DNA of 64,000 bases from the NCBI GenBank assembly GCA_963726335.1, contig CAVSCD010000011.1, forward strand, positions 787,449-851,448, in the 5' to 3' direction. The notes under the pieces were generated by a model. The model saw only the letters and a list, made by a program, of their open reading frames with translations, did not search any database and was not told where the DNA came from. How positions within the stretch are numbered: position 1 is the first letter of the stretch; each line of letters starts with the position of its first letter. The stretch is from Candidatus Aminicenantes bacterium (GTDB lineage: Bacteria > Acidobacteriota > Aminicenantia > Aminicenantales > UBA8522). Shown here one piece after another: positions 36,407-46,784 of the stretch. The position numbers and the translations under genes are program-made.

Positions 36407-38461
36407 CTATTGCCAGACGGGCTTCAGCTGATCGAGGTATTGGGTCTTGACCCGGTTCGTGAGATATATGATCTCGGGTTGGGACGGCTTGAGGCCCAGC
36501 GAGCGGCCGAAATAGTCCAGGGCGGGCTTGGCCCTGAGCAGGTTGCTCAGGTAAAAGTAGCCGATTTTGTTCAGGACCTCCGGTTCACGGGCGTGAGCCT
36601 GGGCAACGCCGGCGATGATTTTCTCCCCCTCTTCGGGCAGGCCCCGGTAATAATCGAGCCTGGCCACGAGAAGCTGGTGATCGACGTCCAGGCTGGGGAG
36701 CGTTTGGATAAGGGCTAAGGCGGCGTCGAAGTTCCGGTACTGAATGTAGAAGCTCATCTTCTTCTCGAACGGCAGCTTCTCAAACTCCGCACGGGCTAAG
36801 GCCGTATCGGTCCTGGCAAAATACGCCGGATAGACCGCCTTCATCGTCATCTCCAGTGCGGCCGCCTTATCCCAGAGTTCACGACTCAGGTACAGGTCAT
36901 AGAGCCGGCTGTAGGATTCCTTGACCGTGCTAAAGCGGGCGAGGTTGTCCTGGAGCGAAACCTCAGCGGCCTGAATCTCTCCTCGGGATGTCTGGATTTC
37001 CGCCTTCTTCTCGTTGATCTGATAGCGGATGAAGGGCGCGATTTTGACCTTCGGATCGTTCTCGAATTCCTCGATGCTGTTGAGCCAGCGGAAGGCGCTC
37101 GGGTAATCCGCCCGGGCGATCTCGATATCGGTGTAGAGCGAGCTCACCAGGATGGCCGTCTCCCTTTTCATGTCCAGGGACAGGGTGCGGTTCAGGGAGA
37201 GCTCGGCCGAGAGATAATCCTTGTTTTCGAAGGCCGCCTTCCCCGATTGGAAGAGGACATACGCGTCCCGGGGCCAGGACTGGCGCGCCCTCTCCCAGAA
37301 AAGCGTTTTGTTTTTATAAGCGCCTCCGTTTAAGACAATGGCGGGGATGAACAGGACGAGGAGAAGGAAGGTGACCACGAACCGCGGCCTCTCCCGGATT
37401 CCCTTGAGCGCAGCCGCCAGGAGCCAGACGAGCGCGAGCCCGGAAACCAGCATGTAGCGGGCGTATATTTGGTAGGGGAAGATATTGGTGAAGACCAGCA
37501 GGACATGAGCTCCCGTAAAAACCGCCAAGAGAACGGTGGGAATCAGGTATCTTTTGGCCTTGGTTGAGCGAAGGAGCAGGAAAACCAGGAGCAGTCCCGC
37601 GGCGATCCCGAATCCTACATAGAAAGCCTTCATGGCCTCCTGGACCGATGCAAACTCGTCGTACCGCAGCGGGAAAACCATGGTCCTGAAGTAATAGCCC
37701 AGCGTCCCGATCGTGGCCTTGATATCCTCGCCGATGTCGGCGCGCAGGACGAACTTGATGCTCTTGAGGTCGAGGACAAAGATTTTCAGAAAGAAGAAGA
37801 CGCCCAGCAGGCCGAGGTTGGCCAGGTGGTAGAGCGGGGAGATCCTCCTTCGCTTGAGCGCCTCATAAAGGATGAGAACCGGGAAGAAAAAAAGGAACGT
37901 CTCCTTGGAGAGAATTCCCAGGAAAAAGCTCGCGGCTGAAAGCCAGAGATAGAATGTCCGGTGTTTCTTAAGGGAGAGGTCGAGAAAGAGAAAACAGAGC
38001 ATCGCCCAAAGAAACATCAGCAGGTCGCCCCGCCCGACCACCCAGACGATGTTGTCCATGTTCAGGGGGTAGAGCGCGAAGAGCAGCGTGACGATCTCGG
38101 GGAAATAGGGATACTCGGACTGCTTCTTCAGGAAACAAAAAAGGAAAATCAGCCCAAAGAGGTAGATCAACAGATTCGTCAGGCGCAGGGTGACATTCTG
38201 GATCCCCCAGAGTTTGTTTTCCAAAAGAAACGACGCCGTGAGCAGGGGACGATAATAGTGGTCCTGTCCCTGGACGCCGAGCTGCTCGCTGAAATAGCCG
38301 AATTTGAAGGCCGAGCTGATCGGATGATTCTCAATAAAGAGGACGTTGTGCTTGAAATACATCTCATCATCCCAGATCAGATCATAGTTGAACGTCTTCC
38401 AGTAGATTCCGAAGAGGATAACGACCAGAGCGAACAGGAAAACCAGGTCTTTCTTCAGCAT
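36407..38461 (-). CDS. GT-C fold membrane glycosyltransferase of TMTC/PMT-like type with C-terminal TPR repeats (paralog, convergent)
   Basis: 684 aa; N-terminal TM1 then LIWDDEMYF loop motif, about 11 TM segments, long C-terminal TPR region. Confidence 0.55.
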   Translation of the reverse strand: MLKKDLVFLFALVVILFGIYWKTFNYDLIWDDEMYFKHNVLFIENHPISSAFKFGYFSEQLGVQGQDHYYRPLLTASFLLENKLWGIQNVTLRLTNLLIYLFGLIFLFCFLKKQSEYPYFPEIVTLLFALYPLNMDNIVWVVGRGDLLMFLWAMLCFLFLDLSLKKHRTFYLWLSAASFFLGILSKETFLFFFPVLILYEALKRRRISPLYHLANLGLLGVFFFLKIFVLDLKSIKFVLRADIGEDIKATIGTLGYYFRTMVFPLRYDEFASVQEAMKAFYVGFGIAAGLLLVFLLLRSTKAKRYLIPTVLLAVFTGAHVLLVFTNIFPYQIYARYMLVSGLALVWLLAAALKGIRERPRFVVTFLLLVLFIPAIVLNGGAYKNKTLFWERARQSWPRDAYVLFQSGKAAFENKDYLSAELSLNRTLSLDMKRETAILVSSLYTDIEIARADYPSAFRWLNSIEEFENDPKVKIAPFIRYQINEKKAEIQTSRGEIQAAEVSLQDNLARFSTVKESYSRLYDLYLSRELWDKAAALEMTMKAVYPAYFARTDTALARAEFEKLPFEKKMSFYIQYRNFDAALALIQTLPSLDVDHQLLVARLDYYRGLPEEGEKIIAGVAQAHAREPEVLNKIGYFYLSNLLRAKPALDYFGRSLGLKPSQPEIIYLTNRVKTQYLDQLKPVWQ

Positions 38462-38587
38462 GCTGCGACTCCAATCAGTGTGCGTGATGGCGATGACGAA
38501 GAGATTTTATTCACGGATTCTATATCGATAGGCACAGCTCATTATAGGAAAACACAACCGGCGAGGCAATCCTGCCTTGCGGGAATA

Positions 38588-38596
38588 TGCTATAAT
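38588..38596 (+). promoter_or_regulatory. Possible extended -10 promoter element (TGcTATAAT) giving a near-leaderless plsC transcript
   Basis: TGCTATAAT at 38588-38596, 8 nt upstream of the GTG start at 38605; no convincing -35. Confidence 0.25.
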
Positions 38597-38604
38597 CCCC
38601 CGCC

Positions 38605-39345
38605 GTGAGGACCATCTTCCTCGGCCTCGTCTATCTCGTCCTCCTCCTCTTCCTTTCCGTCGCTCTCCTCATTTGCTGGCCGCTCGGCGTGCGCGACCCG
38701 CTCCTGGCGATCGCCAAGTGGGCCATGGACCTGGGACTGAAGATCCTGGGGATCCGGGTCGGGGTCTCGGGACGCGAGGCGATCGATAAGGGATCGCGGT
38801 ACGTTTTCATGGCCAACCATCTCAGCTTTATCGACGGACCGATGCTCTTCCGCTTCATTCCCCAGTCCGTGCGCGTCATTCTCAAGAAGTCGATCTTCCG
38901 GATCCCCGTCCTCGGCCAGGGAATGAGATTCGTGGGATTTGTCCCGGTGGACAGGAAGGGGGTCCGGGGCGGCCGGCAGAGCATCGATGTCGCCGCGCGC
39001 CTGATGCGGGAGCGCGGCTACTCTTACCTGATCTTTCCCGAGGGGACGAGGAGCCGCGACGGGCGGCCCCAGGCTTTTCGCCGGGGCGGGTTCTTCCTGG
39101 CCATCGAGGCCGGCGCCCCGATCGTTCCGGTCAGCATCGCCGGGACCTTCGAGCTCATGCCCAAGGGATCGATGTTCGCCCGGTCAGGCCCGGTTTGCGT
39201 GCGGTTCCACCCGCCCATTTCATCCCAGGGCTTTGGGCCGGCGAATATGGGCGAGCTCATGGACACGGTGAAGGCCGCGATCGAGTCGGGGCTGGCCGAG
39301 CCGGAGCGTCCGGCGGCTAATCTTCGCCCAACACGATCTTCTTGA
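38605..39345 (+). CDS. plsC: 1-acyl-sn-glycerol-3-phosphate acyltransferase
   Basis: 246 aa; acyltransferase motifs ANHLSFIDGPML (HX4D-like) and FPEGTRS. Confidence 0.85.
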   Translation: MRTIFLGLVYLVLLLFLSVALLICWPLGVRDPLLAIAKWAMDLGLKILGIRVGVSGREAIDKGSRYVFMANHLSFIDGPMLFRFIPQSVRVILKKSIFRIPVLGQGMRFVGFVPVDRKGVRGGRQSIDVAARLMRERGYSYLIFPEGTRSRDGRPQAFRRGGFFLAIEAGAPIVPVSIAGTFELMPKGSMFARSGPVCVRFHPPISSQGFGPANMGELMDTVKAAIESGLAEPERPAANLRPTRSS

Positions 39346-41659
39346 TCTCGGCCGCGCCCGCCGCCCCGCTGTTGAAGAGATAACAGGCCGTCGAGTCGAG
39401 CAGCCGGCCGAAGAAACCCTTCTGAAGCTCCAGCCGGTCTTCGCTCGCGAACAGCAAATGGGGATTGTAATACGGCTGGGGTTTGGCGGGGCTGAGGCTC
39501 TTCCTGGCGCCCGCCGCTTCGCCCGCCTCGAGGATCCGAAGGGCCTCGTCCTTCTTCAGCCGCACCGCGGCCGGAGAGATCGCATCGTTCCTCAGGATGA
39601 ATAGCCAGGCGAGCTCGGTCCGCTTGACGTGGCCCGCCTTGCCGCCGATCCACGCCGGGTCGAGCATGGCGTGAGCGCCCTTGGAAGCGCGGTAGCAGTA
39701 GGGAGAACCCCTGTCCAGGCGGCAGTCATCGAGCCTCAGGCAGCCGGCGTCCTGGCAGTCTTCTTTGTGGATGATAATATTTTCGCACCGGCTGGCGTCG
39801 AAGAGCGGAGCCAGCTGCGGGAACGACTCGACGGTGTTGGTCGGAAGATAAAGCTTCCGCTCGACGCATTCGGCCAGTGCCCGTCCCCCGCCGAACCGCA
39901 CCAGGACGATGTCGTTGCTCTGGAGCCGGAACCGGCGGTCGCCGAGGAGCTCGAAGAACAGTTCGGTCTTGTTTGTTCCGGCGGGCCCGACGAGCACCAG
40001 GCCTTTGCCGCCCGCGTCCGCCGACATGCCCCGGATGCCGTGAACGCCGAACAGGCGCTCTCCCGCGTCGAGGACCAGGCCGAGCGCCAGGCTCCGGAGC
40101 GGGCCGTAGTTATCGGCGTTGACGATGACGCCGGTCTTCGTCTCCGAGTTGTAGAAGGCGCGGGGCTCCCGCCCGGGGATCCCGTCCACGGCGAAGATGA
40201 TGCCGTGCGGCTCCAGGTCGGCTTCGAGCTGCGCCGGATACCAGTTCTCCACCCAGAAGTCGTAGAGATGGGGGACGTTCGTCCGGAGCTGGACGATGAC
40301 GCCGGAGATGTTGGCGTTCCACTCGTAATAGTTTTCGTGGCTGAGGTGGCTTTCCATCTCGGCGACGAGCGCGTCTCTCAGCTTGACGGTGGTCGAGGAA
40401 TCCACCGGCACCTGTTTTTTGACCCGGGTGACGGCGTTCTGCAGCGCGACCCGCTTCACGCTCTTGGGTGTCTTCAGCCGGGAGACGGCCTCGATGATCC
40501 GGTCCATCCCTTTTTCCAGGTTGGCCATCGAGGTCGCGGTCGACAGCCGGATGTGGGCGTCGGCCCCGAAGGAGTCACCCGGGACGATGGCCACCCGGGC
40601 CTCCTTCAGGAGGTAGTAGGCCATGCCGTAGGAGTTCCGGATCAGTGTGCCGTTGGCTTCCTTATCGTAGTATTGCGAGACGTTGGGGAAGAGGTAGAAC
40701 GCGCCCTGGGGTTTGAAACAGGAGATGTTGGGGATGGCGCTCAGGCGCATATGGCAGTAATTGCGGCGGCGCTGGAACTCGGAGATCATCCGGGAGATCT
40801 CGTGCTGCGGGCCGCTCAGGGCTTCCAGGCTCGCCTGCTGCGAGATCGAGCAGGCGTTCGAGGTTGAGTGGCTCTGGATCTTGCTCATCCCGTTGATCAC
40901 CTCCGCGGGCCCGAGGGCGTAGCCGATCCGCCAGCCTGTCATAGAGTAGGATTTGGAGACGCCGTTAATCAGAATGGTTTTCTTTTTGATCTCCTCGCCC
41001 AGGGAGGCGAAGCTGACGTACGGGAAATCGTCGTAGATGAGCTTGCCGTAGATCTCGTCGGCGATGACGTAGATGTCCTCGCCGCGGATCACCTCGGCCA
41101 GGGCCTCGAGCTGGGACTTGTTGTAGGCCGCGCCCGTCGGGTTGGACGGATTGTTGAGAATGAGGGCCTTGGTGGCGGGGTTGATCGCGGCTTTCAAGTC
41201 GTCGGGAGAGAGGAGAAAACCGTTCTCCTCCTTGGTGGGGATGAACACGGGTTTACCGCCGGAGATGGCCACCGCCTGTGGATAGGTGACCCAATACGGG
41301 GCGGGGATGATCACCTCCTCGCCTTCGTTGACCAGCGCCTGGATGAGGTTGAAGAGCGAGTTCTTGGCGCCGCTCGAGACGATGACCTGGTTGGGCTCGT
41401 AGCTGAGCCCGTAGTCCTCCTTCATCCGGGCGATGATGGCCTTCTTCAGGGCGGGGATCCCCTCGTTCTCCGTGTACTTCGTGAAGTTCTGCTGGATGGC
41501 GCGGATACCCGCCGCCTTGATGTTTTCCGGTGTGGGGAAGTCGGGCTCGCCCACGCTCAAGTCGACGATGTCGATCCCATCGGCCTTCATGGCCCTGGCC
41601 TTGGCCGAGATCTTGAGCGTCGGCGAGGCGCCGATCTGGTTGACTTTTTCTGAGATCAT
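39317..41659 (-). CDS. Fusion protein: class I/II aspartate-family aminotransferase (N-terminal about 395 aa) + HprK/PEP-carboxykinase-like P-loop domain (C-terminal about 380 aa)
   Basis: N-terminus is a complete fold-type I aminotransferase (SKSYSMTGWRIGY PLP-lysine region); C-terminus has the HprK/PEPCK-like pattern GVHGIRGMSADAGGKGLVLVGPAGTNKTELFFELLGDRRFRLQSNDIV; single uninterrupted 780-aa ORF. Confidence 0.6.
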   Translation of the reverse strand: MISEKVNQIGASPTLKISAKARAMKADGIDIVDLSVGEPDFPTPENIKAAGIRAIQQNFTKYTENEGIPALKKAIIARMKEDYGLSYEPNQVIVSSGAKNSLFNLIQALVNEGEEVIIPAPYWVTYPQAVAISGGKPVFIPTKEENGFLLSPDDLKAAINPATKALILNNPSNPTGAAYNKSQLEALAEVIRGEDIYVIADEIYGKLIYDDFPYVSFASLGEEIKKKTILINGVSKSYSMTGWRIGYALGPAEVINGMSKIQSHSTSNACSISQQASLEALSGPQHEISRMISEFQRRRNYCHMRLSAIPNISCFKPQGAFYLFPNVSQYYDKEANGTLIRNSYGMAYYLLKEARVAIVPGDSFGADAHIRLSTATSMANLEKGMDRIIEAVSRLKTPKSVKRVALQNAVTRVKKQVPVDSSTTVKLRDALVAEMESHLSHENYYEWNANISGVIVQLRTNVPHLYDFWVENWYPAQLEADLEPHGIIFAVDGIPGREPRAFYNSETKTGVIVNADNYGPLRSLALGLVLDAGERLFGVHGIRGMSADAGGKGLVLVGPAGTNKTELFFELLGDRRFRLQSNDIVLVRFGGGRALAECVERKLYLPTNTVESFPQLAPLFDASRCENIIIHKEDCQDAGCLRLDDCRLDRGSPYCYRASKGAHAMLDPAWIGGKAGHVKRTELAWLFILRNDAISPAAVRLKKDEALRILEAGEAAGARKSLSPAKPQPYYNPHLLFASEDRLELQKGFFGRLLDSTACYLFNSGAAGAAEIKKIVLGED

Positions 41660-41683
41660 GCTGGGCCTGTCTCCCGGGCGAGA

Positions 41684-43096
41684 TCAGCCTTCCTTTTTCT
41701 CTTCAGGCGAGAACTTGGCCTGGAGGTACTTCTTGATGTCGATCCCGGTCAGGGATTGGACGACGTCCGGCATCTGGGCCAGCACCTCGGCGACCTGGGC
41801 GGTGATCTTCGTCGTGCCCAGGCTCTTGTCGCCGCCGCCGATGACGACGATCTTATCGACCTTGGAGAGCGGCTCGGAAACGGCCTTGGCCAGTTCGGGG
41901 AGTGTTTTGAGGTACATCTCGAGGACTGCGGCCTGGTTGTATTTTTCCCAAGCCTGGGCTTTCTTCAGCATCGCTTCGGCCTCGGCGAACCCCTTTTTCT
42001 TCATGATCTCGGCTTCGACTTCGCCCTCGACCCTGAGAGCCTCGGCCTTGCCCTTGGCCTCGGCCTGGATGCGGAACTCCTCGGCCTCGGCTTCGGACTT
42101 GATCTGGTACTTGCGGGCGTCGGCCGGCTTGATGACGGACGACTCGAGCTCCTTCTCGCGCCGGGCGATCTCGAGCTCCTCGAGCTTGATGGCCTCGCTC
42201 TTCTCGATGGCCTTCATCGTCGCTTCTTCTTTCTTGATCTGCTGGCTCAGGCGGTAGCGCTCGAGCTCGTAGGAGAAATCGGCCTGGGCCTTTCTCTGAT
42301 TGACCATGACCTGGGATTCGGCCTTCTTGGCCTCGTTTTCCCACTGCGCCTTGGCGATCAAGGCGTCAGCGGCCAGACGGGCGACCTCTCCCTCCTTCCG
42401 CGCTTGGGAGGACTTGACGATGGATTCCTTCTCGGTCTCGGCCTCGGCGATCGAGGCGTCCCGCTTGGCGGCGGCGATCTGGGGCTTGCTCAACGAATCG
42501 AGGAATCCCTGGGCGTCGCTGATATCCTTGAGGGCGAACGAGAGCATGACCAGTCCCATGCGCGACAGGTCCGGCTTGACGGCCTCCGACACCCTGGCCG
42601 AGAATTCCTGGCGGCCGCGGTAGATCTGTTCGACCGTCATCGTTCCCATGACCTCTCTCGTGTGGCCTTCGAGGACGTTCAGGGCGACGTCCCGGATGCC
42701 GTCCTTGCCCACGCCGAGGAATTGCTCGGCGGCCAGGCGGATAGCGAGATCCGAGGAATCGACCTTGACCTGAGCGGTGGCCTCGGCCATGATCGGCACG
42801 CCGCTGTGGGTGAGGACTTCAGGGGTCTTGATGTTCAGGCTGATGACGTCCATCGGCAGGCGGTAGACTGTCTCGGCGAACGGCAGGACGAACGTGCCCC
42901 CGCCCAGCCGGTACCGGTACCCGACCTTGACCTTGGTGCCGTCGGGGCTGACGACCGTCCTCTTCCTGCCGCCGGCGATGATCAGGACCTCGTTGGGGCC
43001 GACCTTTCGGTACTGCTTGGCGAAGACGAATAGAATGAGAGCGATGACGGCGACGATGACGCCGACGAGGATCAGCGTGGAAGTAGGTATCATCAT
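41684..43096 (-). CDS. Flotillin-like SPFH/band-7 protein
   Basis: 470 aa; N-terminal TM anchor, SPFH domain, long E/A/K-rich coiled-coil flotillin region. Confidence 0.85.
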   Translation of the reverse strand: MMIPTSTLILVGVIVAVIALILFVFAKQYRKVGPNEVLIIAGGRKRTVVSPDGTKVKVGYRYRLGGGTFVLPFAETVYRLPMDVISLNIKTPEVLTHSGVPIMAEATAQVKVDSSDLAIRLAAEQFLGVGKDGIRDVALNVLEGHTREVMGTMTVEQIYRGRQEFSARVSEAVKPDLSRMGLVMLSFALKDISDAQGFLDSLSKPQIAAAKRDASIAEAETEKESIVKSSQARKEGEVARLAADALIAKAQWENEAKKAESQVMVNQRKAQADFSYELERYRLSQQIKKEEATMKAIEKSEAIKLEELEIARREKELESSVIKPADARKYQIKSEAEAEEFRIQAEAKGKAEALRVEGEVEAEIMKKKGFAEAEAMLKKAQAWEKYNQAAVLEMYLKTLPELAKAVSEPLSKVDKIVVIGGGDKSLGTTKITAQVAEVLAQMPDVVQSLTGIDIKKYLQAKFSPEEKKEG

Positions 43097-43473
43097 ATCC
43101 TCCTGTGCATCAGCCCCGGACAGAGCGGGGCGAGGCCCGCGGATGGGCGGCCGCGTTCAACCTGAATTTAGGAGAATATTAGCTTTAAGGACTGGTCAAG
43201 TCAAGGCTTCCGCCGTCGTCGGAAGCCGCCTTTCATGAACGGGCCGATTTCTCTCCGGTGAGAACCAGGGAGGCCTTTTGAGGGGGTCATGGTCAGCGCG
43301 GCTTCTCACCCCCGGCGATGAGAAGGTTTAGCAAAACTCACCCCGGCGTTCATCGAGCCCGACGATTGACCGGCGGCCGGGAATGAATGACAATACGGCT
43401 GAAATGGAGAGCCCGCGTTTCAGTGAACGCTGTAAAATGGCCGGCCCCGAGGGATCGACACAAGGAGTCAGGG

Positions 43474-44465
43474 ATGGGGAATAAGACCTTGCTGTCAGTC
43501 GTCGTGCCCATCTGCTCCGAAGAGGAGATCATCCCTGAATTCTATGCGCGGCTGAAGTCCGTGCTCTCGGGACTGAGCCAGGCTCTCGATCATGAGATCA
43601 TCTTCGTCGATGACGGGAGCCGTGACGGATCCATGGACCTCCTCAAGCGCCTAGCGCAAGACGACAAGGATATCCGGGTCATCAGCTTCTCAAGGAACTT
43701 CGGTCACCAGTTCGCCATCACCGCCGGCCTGGACCATGCCTCCGGCGACGCCGCTGTGATCATCGACGGCGACCTCCAGGACCCGCCCGAGGTCATCCCC
43801 CAAATGATCGGCAAATGGAGCGAAGGCTGCAAGGTCGTTTACGGGGTCAGGGAAAAAAGGCGGGGCGAAAACCCGGTCAAGCTCGTGACGGCCAAGCTGT
43901 TCTACAGGCTCATCAGGCTCCTGAGCGACACCGATCTGCCGCTCGACGCAGGGGATTTCAGGCTCCTGGATGCCAAGGTCATCGAGGCTCTTAAAAGATT
44001 CGGGAGGAAAACCGCTACATCAGGGGGCTCGTGAGCTGGGCGGGCTTCCGCCATTGCGGCCTGCCTTACCGGCGGGATCCCCGGTATGCCGGAAAGACGA
44101 AATATACCTTCAAAAAAATGGTCAAGTTCGCCGTCGACGGGATCCTGAGCTTTTCCGACCGCCCGCTCAAGATCACCGCTTATCTTGGGTTCCTGATCAC
44201 GATGGTCTCGTTCTTGGTCGGGCTGAGGATTGCCATCGGCAAGCTCCTCCATCCGGACATGCTCGTCTCCGGCTGGACCTCCATGATCCTGGCCGTGCTG
44301 TTTATCGGCGGCATCCAGCTCGTCTCGCTCGGCATCCTGGGCCTTTATGTCGGCCGCCAATACCGGGAAGTGAAGAGGCGGCCACTCTATATCATCGCCG
44401 AAAAGACGGGTTTTGACGTGGGCCGGCCGCCGGGCAGCCTGGGAGAAGGGCTTGACAGCCGATGA
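43474..44465 (+). pseudogene. GT2 polyprenyl-phosphate sugar synthase (GtrB/ArnC/DPM1-like), interrupted by a -1 frameshift
   Basis: ATG 43474 with SD AAGGAG; N-terminal GT2 domain (LSVVVPICSEEEI...FVDDGSRDGS...DGDLQDPPE) to stop at 44034; continues in another frame (EENRYIRGLVSWAGF..., two C-terminal TM helices) from about 44003 (GGG run). Confidence 0.6.
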
Positions 44466-45305
44466 CCGGATCCGAAGGCCCCCTGATTTCCGTCGGCATT
44501 CCCGCTTTTAATGGCGAGCGCTATATCGGCCGGGCCATCGAATCCGTCTTAGGCCAATCCCACGCCCATTTTGAGCTCGTCATCGTCGACGACCATTCCG
44601 AGCGACAATACGGCCGGCGTTATCAAGGGTTACCCCGACCCGAGGATCAGGGTCATGGAAAATCCGTCACGTTTGGGCCAGATGGGAAACTGGAACAAAA
44701 CCCTTCATGAAGCCAGGGGGACGTACATAAAGCTCCTCCCCCAGGACGACCTCCTCTATCCGACCTGCCTGGAAAGGCAGGTCGAAGCTTTCGCCAAGCC
44801 GGAGAACCAGGGCGTCGCTCTGGTCTGCTGTGCGCGCGACATCATCGACCACTCCGGGCGGGTCATCCTCAGGCGGTCTTTCCGGAGGAGGAAAGGCCGG
44901 CTGGCAGGAGTCAGGGCCGTAAAGGAGAGCATCCGGGCGGGGACTAACCTAATCGGTGAACCGGCCGGGGTCCTCTTCAGGTCCGCGGCCGTCGACAAGG
45001 TCGGCCTCTTTGACGACCGGAATTTCTATGTCATCGACCTGGATTATTGGTGCCGGGCGCTTCTGACCGGCGACCTCTACATCATACCCGAACCGCTGTG
45101 CGCCTTCCGGGTGTCCGGAGGCTCCGCGAGCCTCAGGGTCGCGTCCTCGCAGGACAAGGATTTTCGAAACTTCATCAGGTTCCTGGCCCGGGACGAGCGC
45201 TTTCACCTCACGGGCGTGGATGGCTTCCGGGGCAAGATCAAGGCCTTCGCCAATCGACGGCTCCGGCAGCTCTTCTACAAGATGATCGTGAAGGAAGCGC
45301 GATGA
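44462..45305 (+). pseudogene. GT2 family glycosyltransferase, interrupted by a +1 frameshift
   Basis: ISVGIPAFNGERYIGRAIESVLGQSHAHFELVIVDDHS in frame 2, continuing DNTAGVIKGYPDPRIRVMENPSRLGQMGNWNK... in frame 0 from about 44600. Confidence 0.55.
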
Positions 45306-46747
45306 GCGAGAGGTTCGAGCGGCCGGAGGATATCGCCTTTGTGATCAGCCCCTCGACCTGGTACAAGAGCATGTATCCGACCGGGATCTTATGCTTAGCC
45401 AATTATCTGGAGGCGAAAGGCTTCCGGAACGTCATCCTGGATGCGGGCCTGTCTCCGAAGAGGCTTTGCCAAGCCGAGAGGGAAGCGCTCATCTTGAGCG
45501 CCCTTCGGTCGATCAAGCCGAAGGTAGTCTGTCTGTCCAGCACGCATAAGGAATTCGAGGAGATCATCAGGCTCAGCATGGGGACGCGGGCCTTCGATGA
45601 GCAGGCCGCCGTCATCGTCGGCGGTTCCCAGGCGACGTATCGCCCGACGGACTTCCTGGATAACGGCGTGGACTTTGTTTGCGTGGGAGAGGGAGAAAGG
45701 ACCCTCCATGAATTCGTCGTCCAAACCGCGGCCGGAACCCGCCGCTGGCATGAGGTGGCCGGGCTGGCCTGGAAGAACGGCGGCCGGATCACGGTGAACT
45801 CGCCCAGGGAACTCATGACCGAGGAGGAGCTTCAGACCGACGATTTTTCCGCCTACGAGAAGATCGATAAGAGATATTTTGCCGTCAACGTAGAGACCAT
45901 CAGGGGACTGCCGCTGTCCGGAGCGCTGCTTCTGACCACCAGGGGGTGTCCGTTCGATTGCTCCTTCTGCGGCTGCGGTTCGATCTTCGGCCGCCGGCTG
46001 AGGTTTCGGCCGCTCGACAGTATCAGACGGGAGGTCTCCCATCTCCAGACCGAACACGGCGTCGAGGGGATCTGGATCGTCGACGATACTTTTACGGTCA
46101 ACAGGAAGCACGCGTTGGCCGTCGCCGGGATCCTTAAAGAGCACGGCATCCTGTGGGGCTGCCAATCCAGAGTCGACACGATCGATGAGTCCCTGGCGGC
46201 GGCGCTCAAAGACTGCGGCTGCATCCAGATGGATTTCGGGGTGGAGTCGGGAAGCCAGCGGATCCTCAACGAGATCATCAACAAACGGACGACGACCCAG
46301 CAGGTCAAGGACGCCTTTGCGCTGATGAAAAAATACAGGATCCGGTCCCTGGCCAATTTCATGATCGGGTTGCCCACGGAGACCGAGCAGGATCTCCTCG
46401 CTACGAAGGAGCTCGCCGAGGCCATCGATGCCGACGTCTACGTGTTCTCCATCGCGACCCCACTGCCCGGCACCCGGCTCTACGAGATGGTCGGAGAAGA
46501 GATCTCGCCCTTCGAGTATTCTCTCCTGGACTGGAACGGAAGCGCCCTGACCGAGAGGCTCAACAAGTCCGGGATCAAAGACGTCGTCGGAGAGCGGCGG
46601 GAACTCAAGAACAAGTACTTGGTGAAATCGATCTTCAAGTCGGCCTTCTCCACGAGGAGCCTCGGTTTCGTCCTGATGAGGAAGGGCCGCCTGAAGAGGT
46701 TGAAGGCGGTCTTGGATTTCTTCCGACGGACCCTGGGGAACGGGTGA
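45302..46747 (+). CDS. B12-binding domain radical SAM protein (class B radical SAM family)
   Basis: N-terminal cobalamin-binding-like domain, radical SAM CxxxCxxC (RGCPFDCSFCGCGS); start ATG overlaps upstream stop (ATGA). Confidence 0.8.
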   Translation: MSERFERPEDIAFVISPSTWYKSMYPTGILCLANYLEAKGFRNVILDAGLSPKRLCQAEREALILSALRSIKPKVVCLSSTHKEFEEIIRLSMGTRAFDEQAAVIVGGSQATYRPTDFLDNGVDFVCVGEGERTLHEFVVQTAAGTRRWHEVAGLAWKNGGRITVNSPRELMTEEELQTDDFSAYEKIDKRYFAVNVETIRGLPLSGALLLTTRGCPFDCSFCGCGSIFGRRLRFRPLDSIRREVSHLQTEHGVEGIWIVDDTFTVNRKHALAVAGILKEHGILWGCQSRVDTIDESLAAALKDCGCIQMDFGVESGSQRILNEIINKRTTTQQVKDAFALMKKYRIRSLANFMIGLPTETEQDLLATKELAEAIDADVYVFSIATPLPGTRLYEMVGEEISPFEYSLLDWNGSALTERLNKSGIKDVVGERRELKNKYLVKSIFKSAFSTRSLGFVLMRKGRLKRLKAVLDFFRRTLGNG

Positions 46748-46784
46748 CCGTCTTTGGCCCCGGGATCGGAAGGAGAAGAGAGTG

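Noticed and set aside
39629-43033. Long antisense ORFs opposite the aminotransferase fusion and flotillin genes (39629-40867, 40868-41653, 41756-43033)
   Set aside because: Low-complexity G/D/R/L-rich translations; sense-strand genes have clear family motifs
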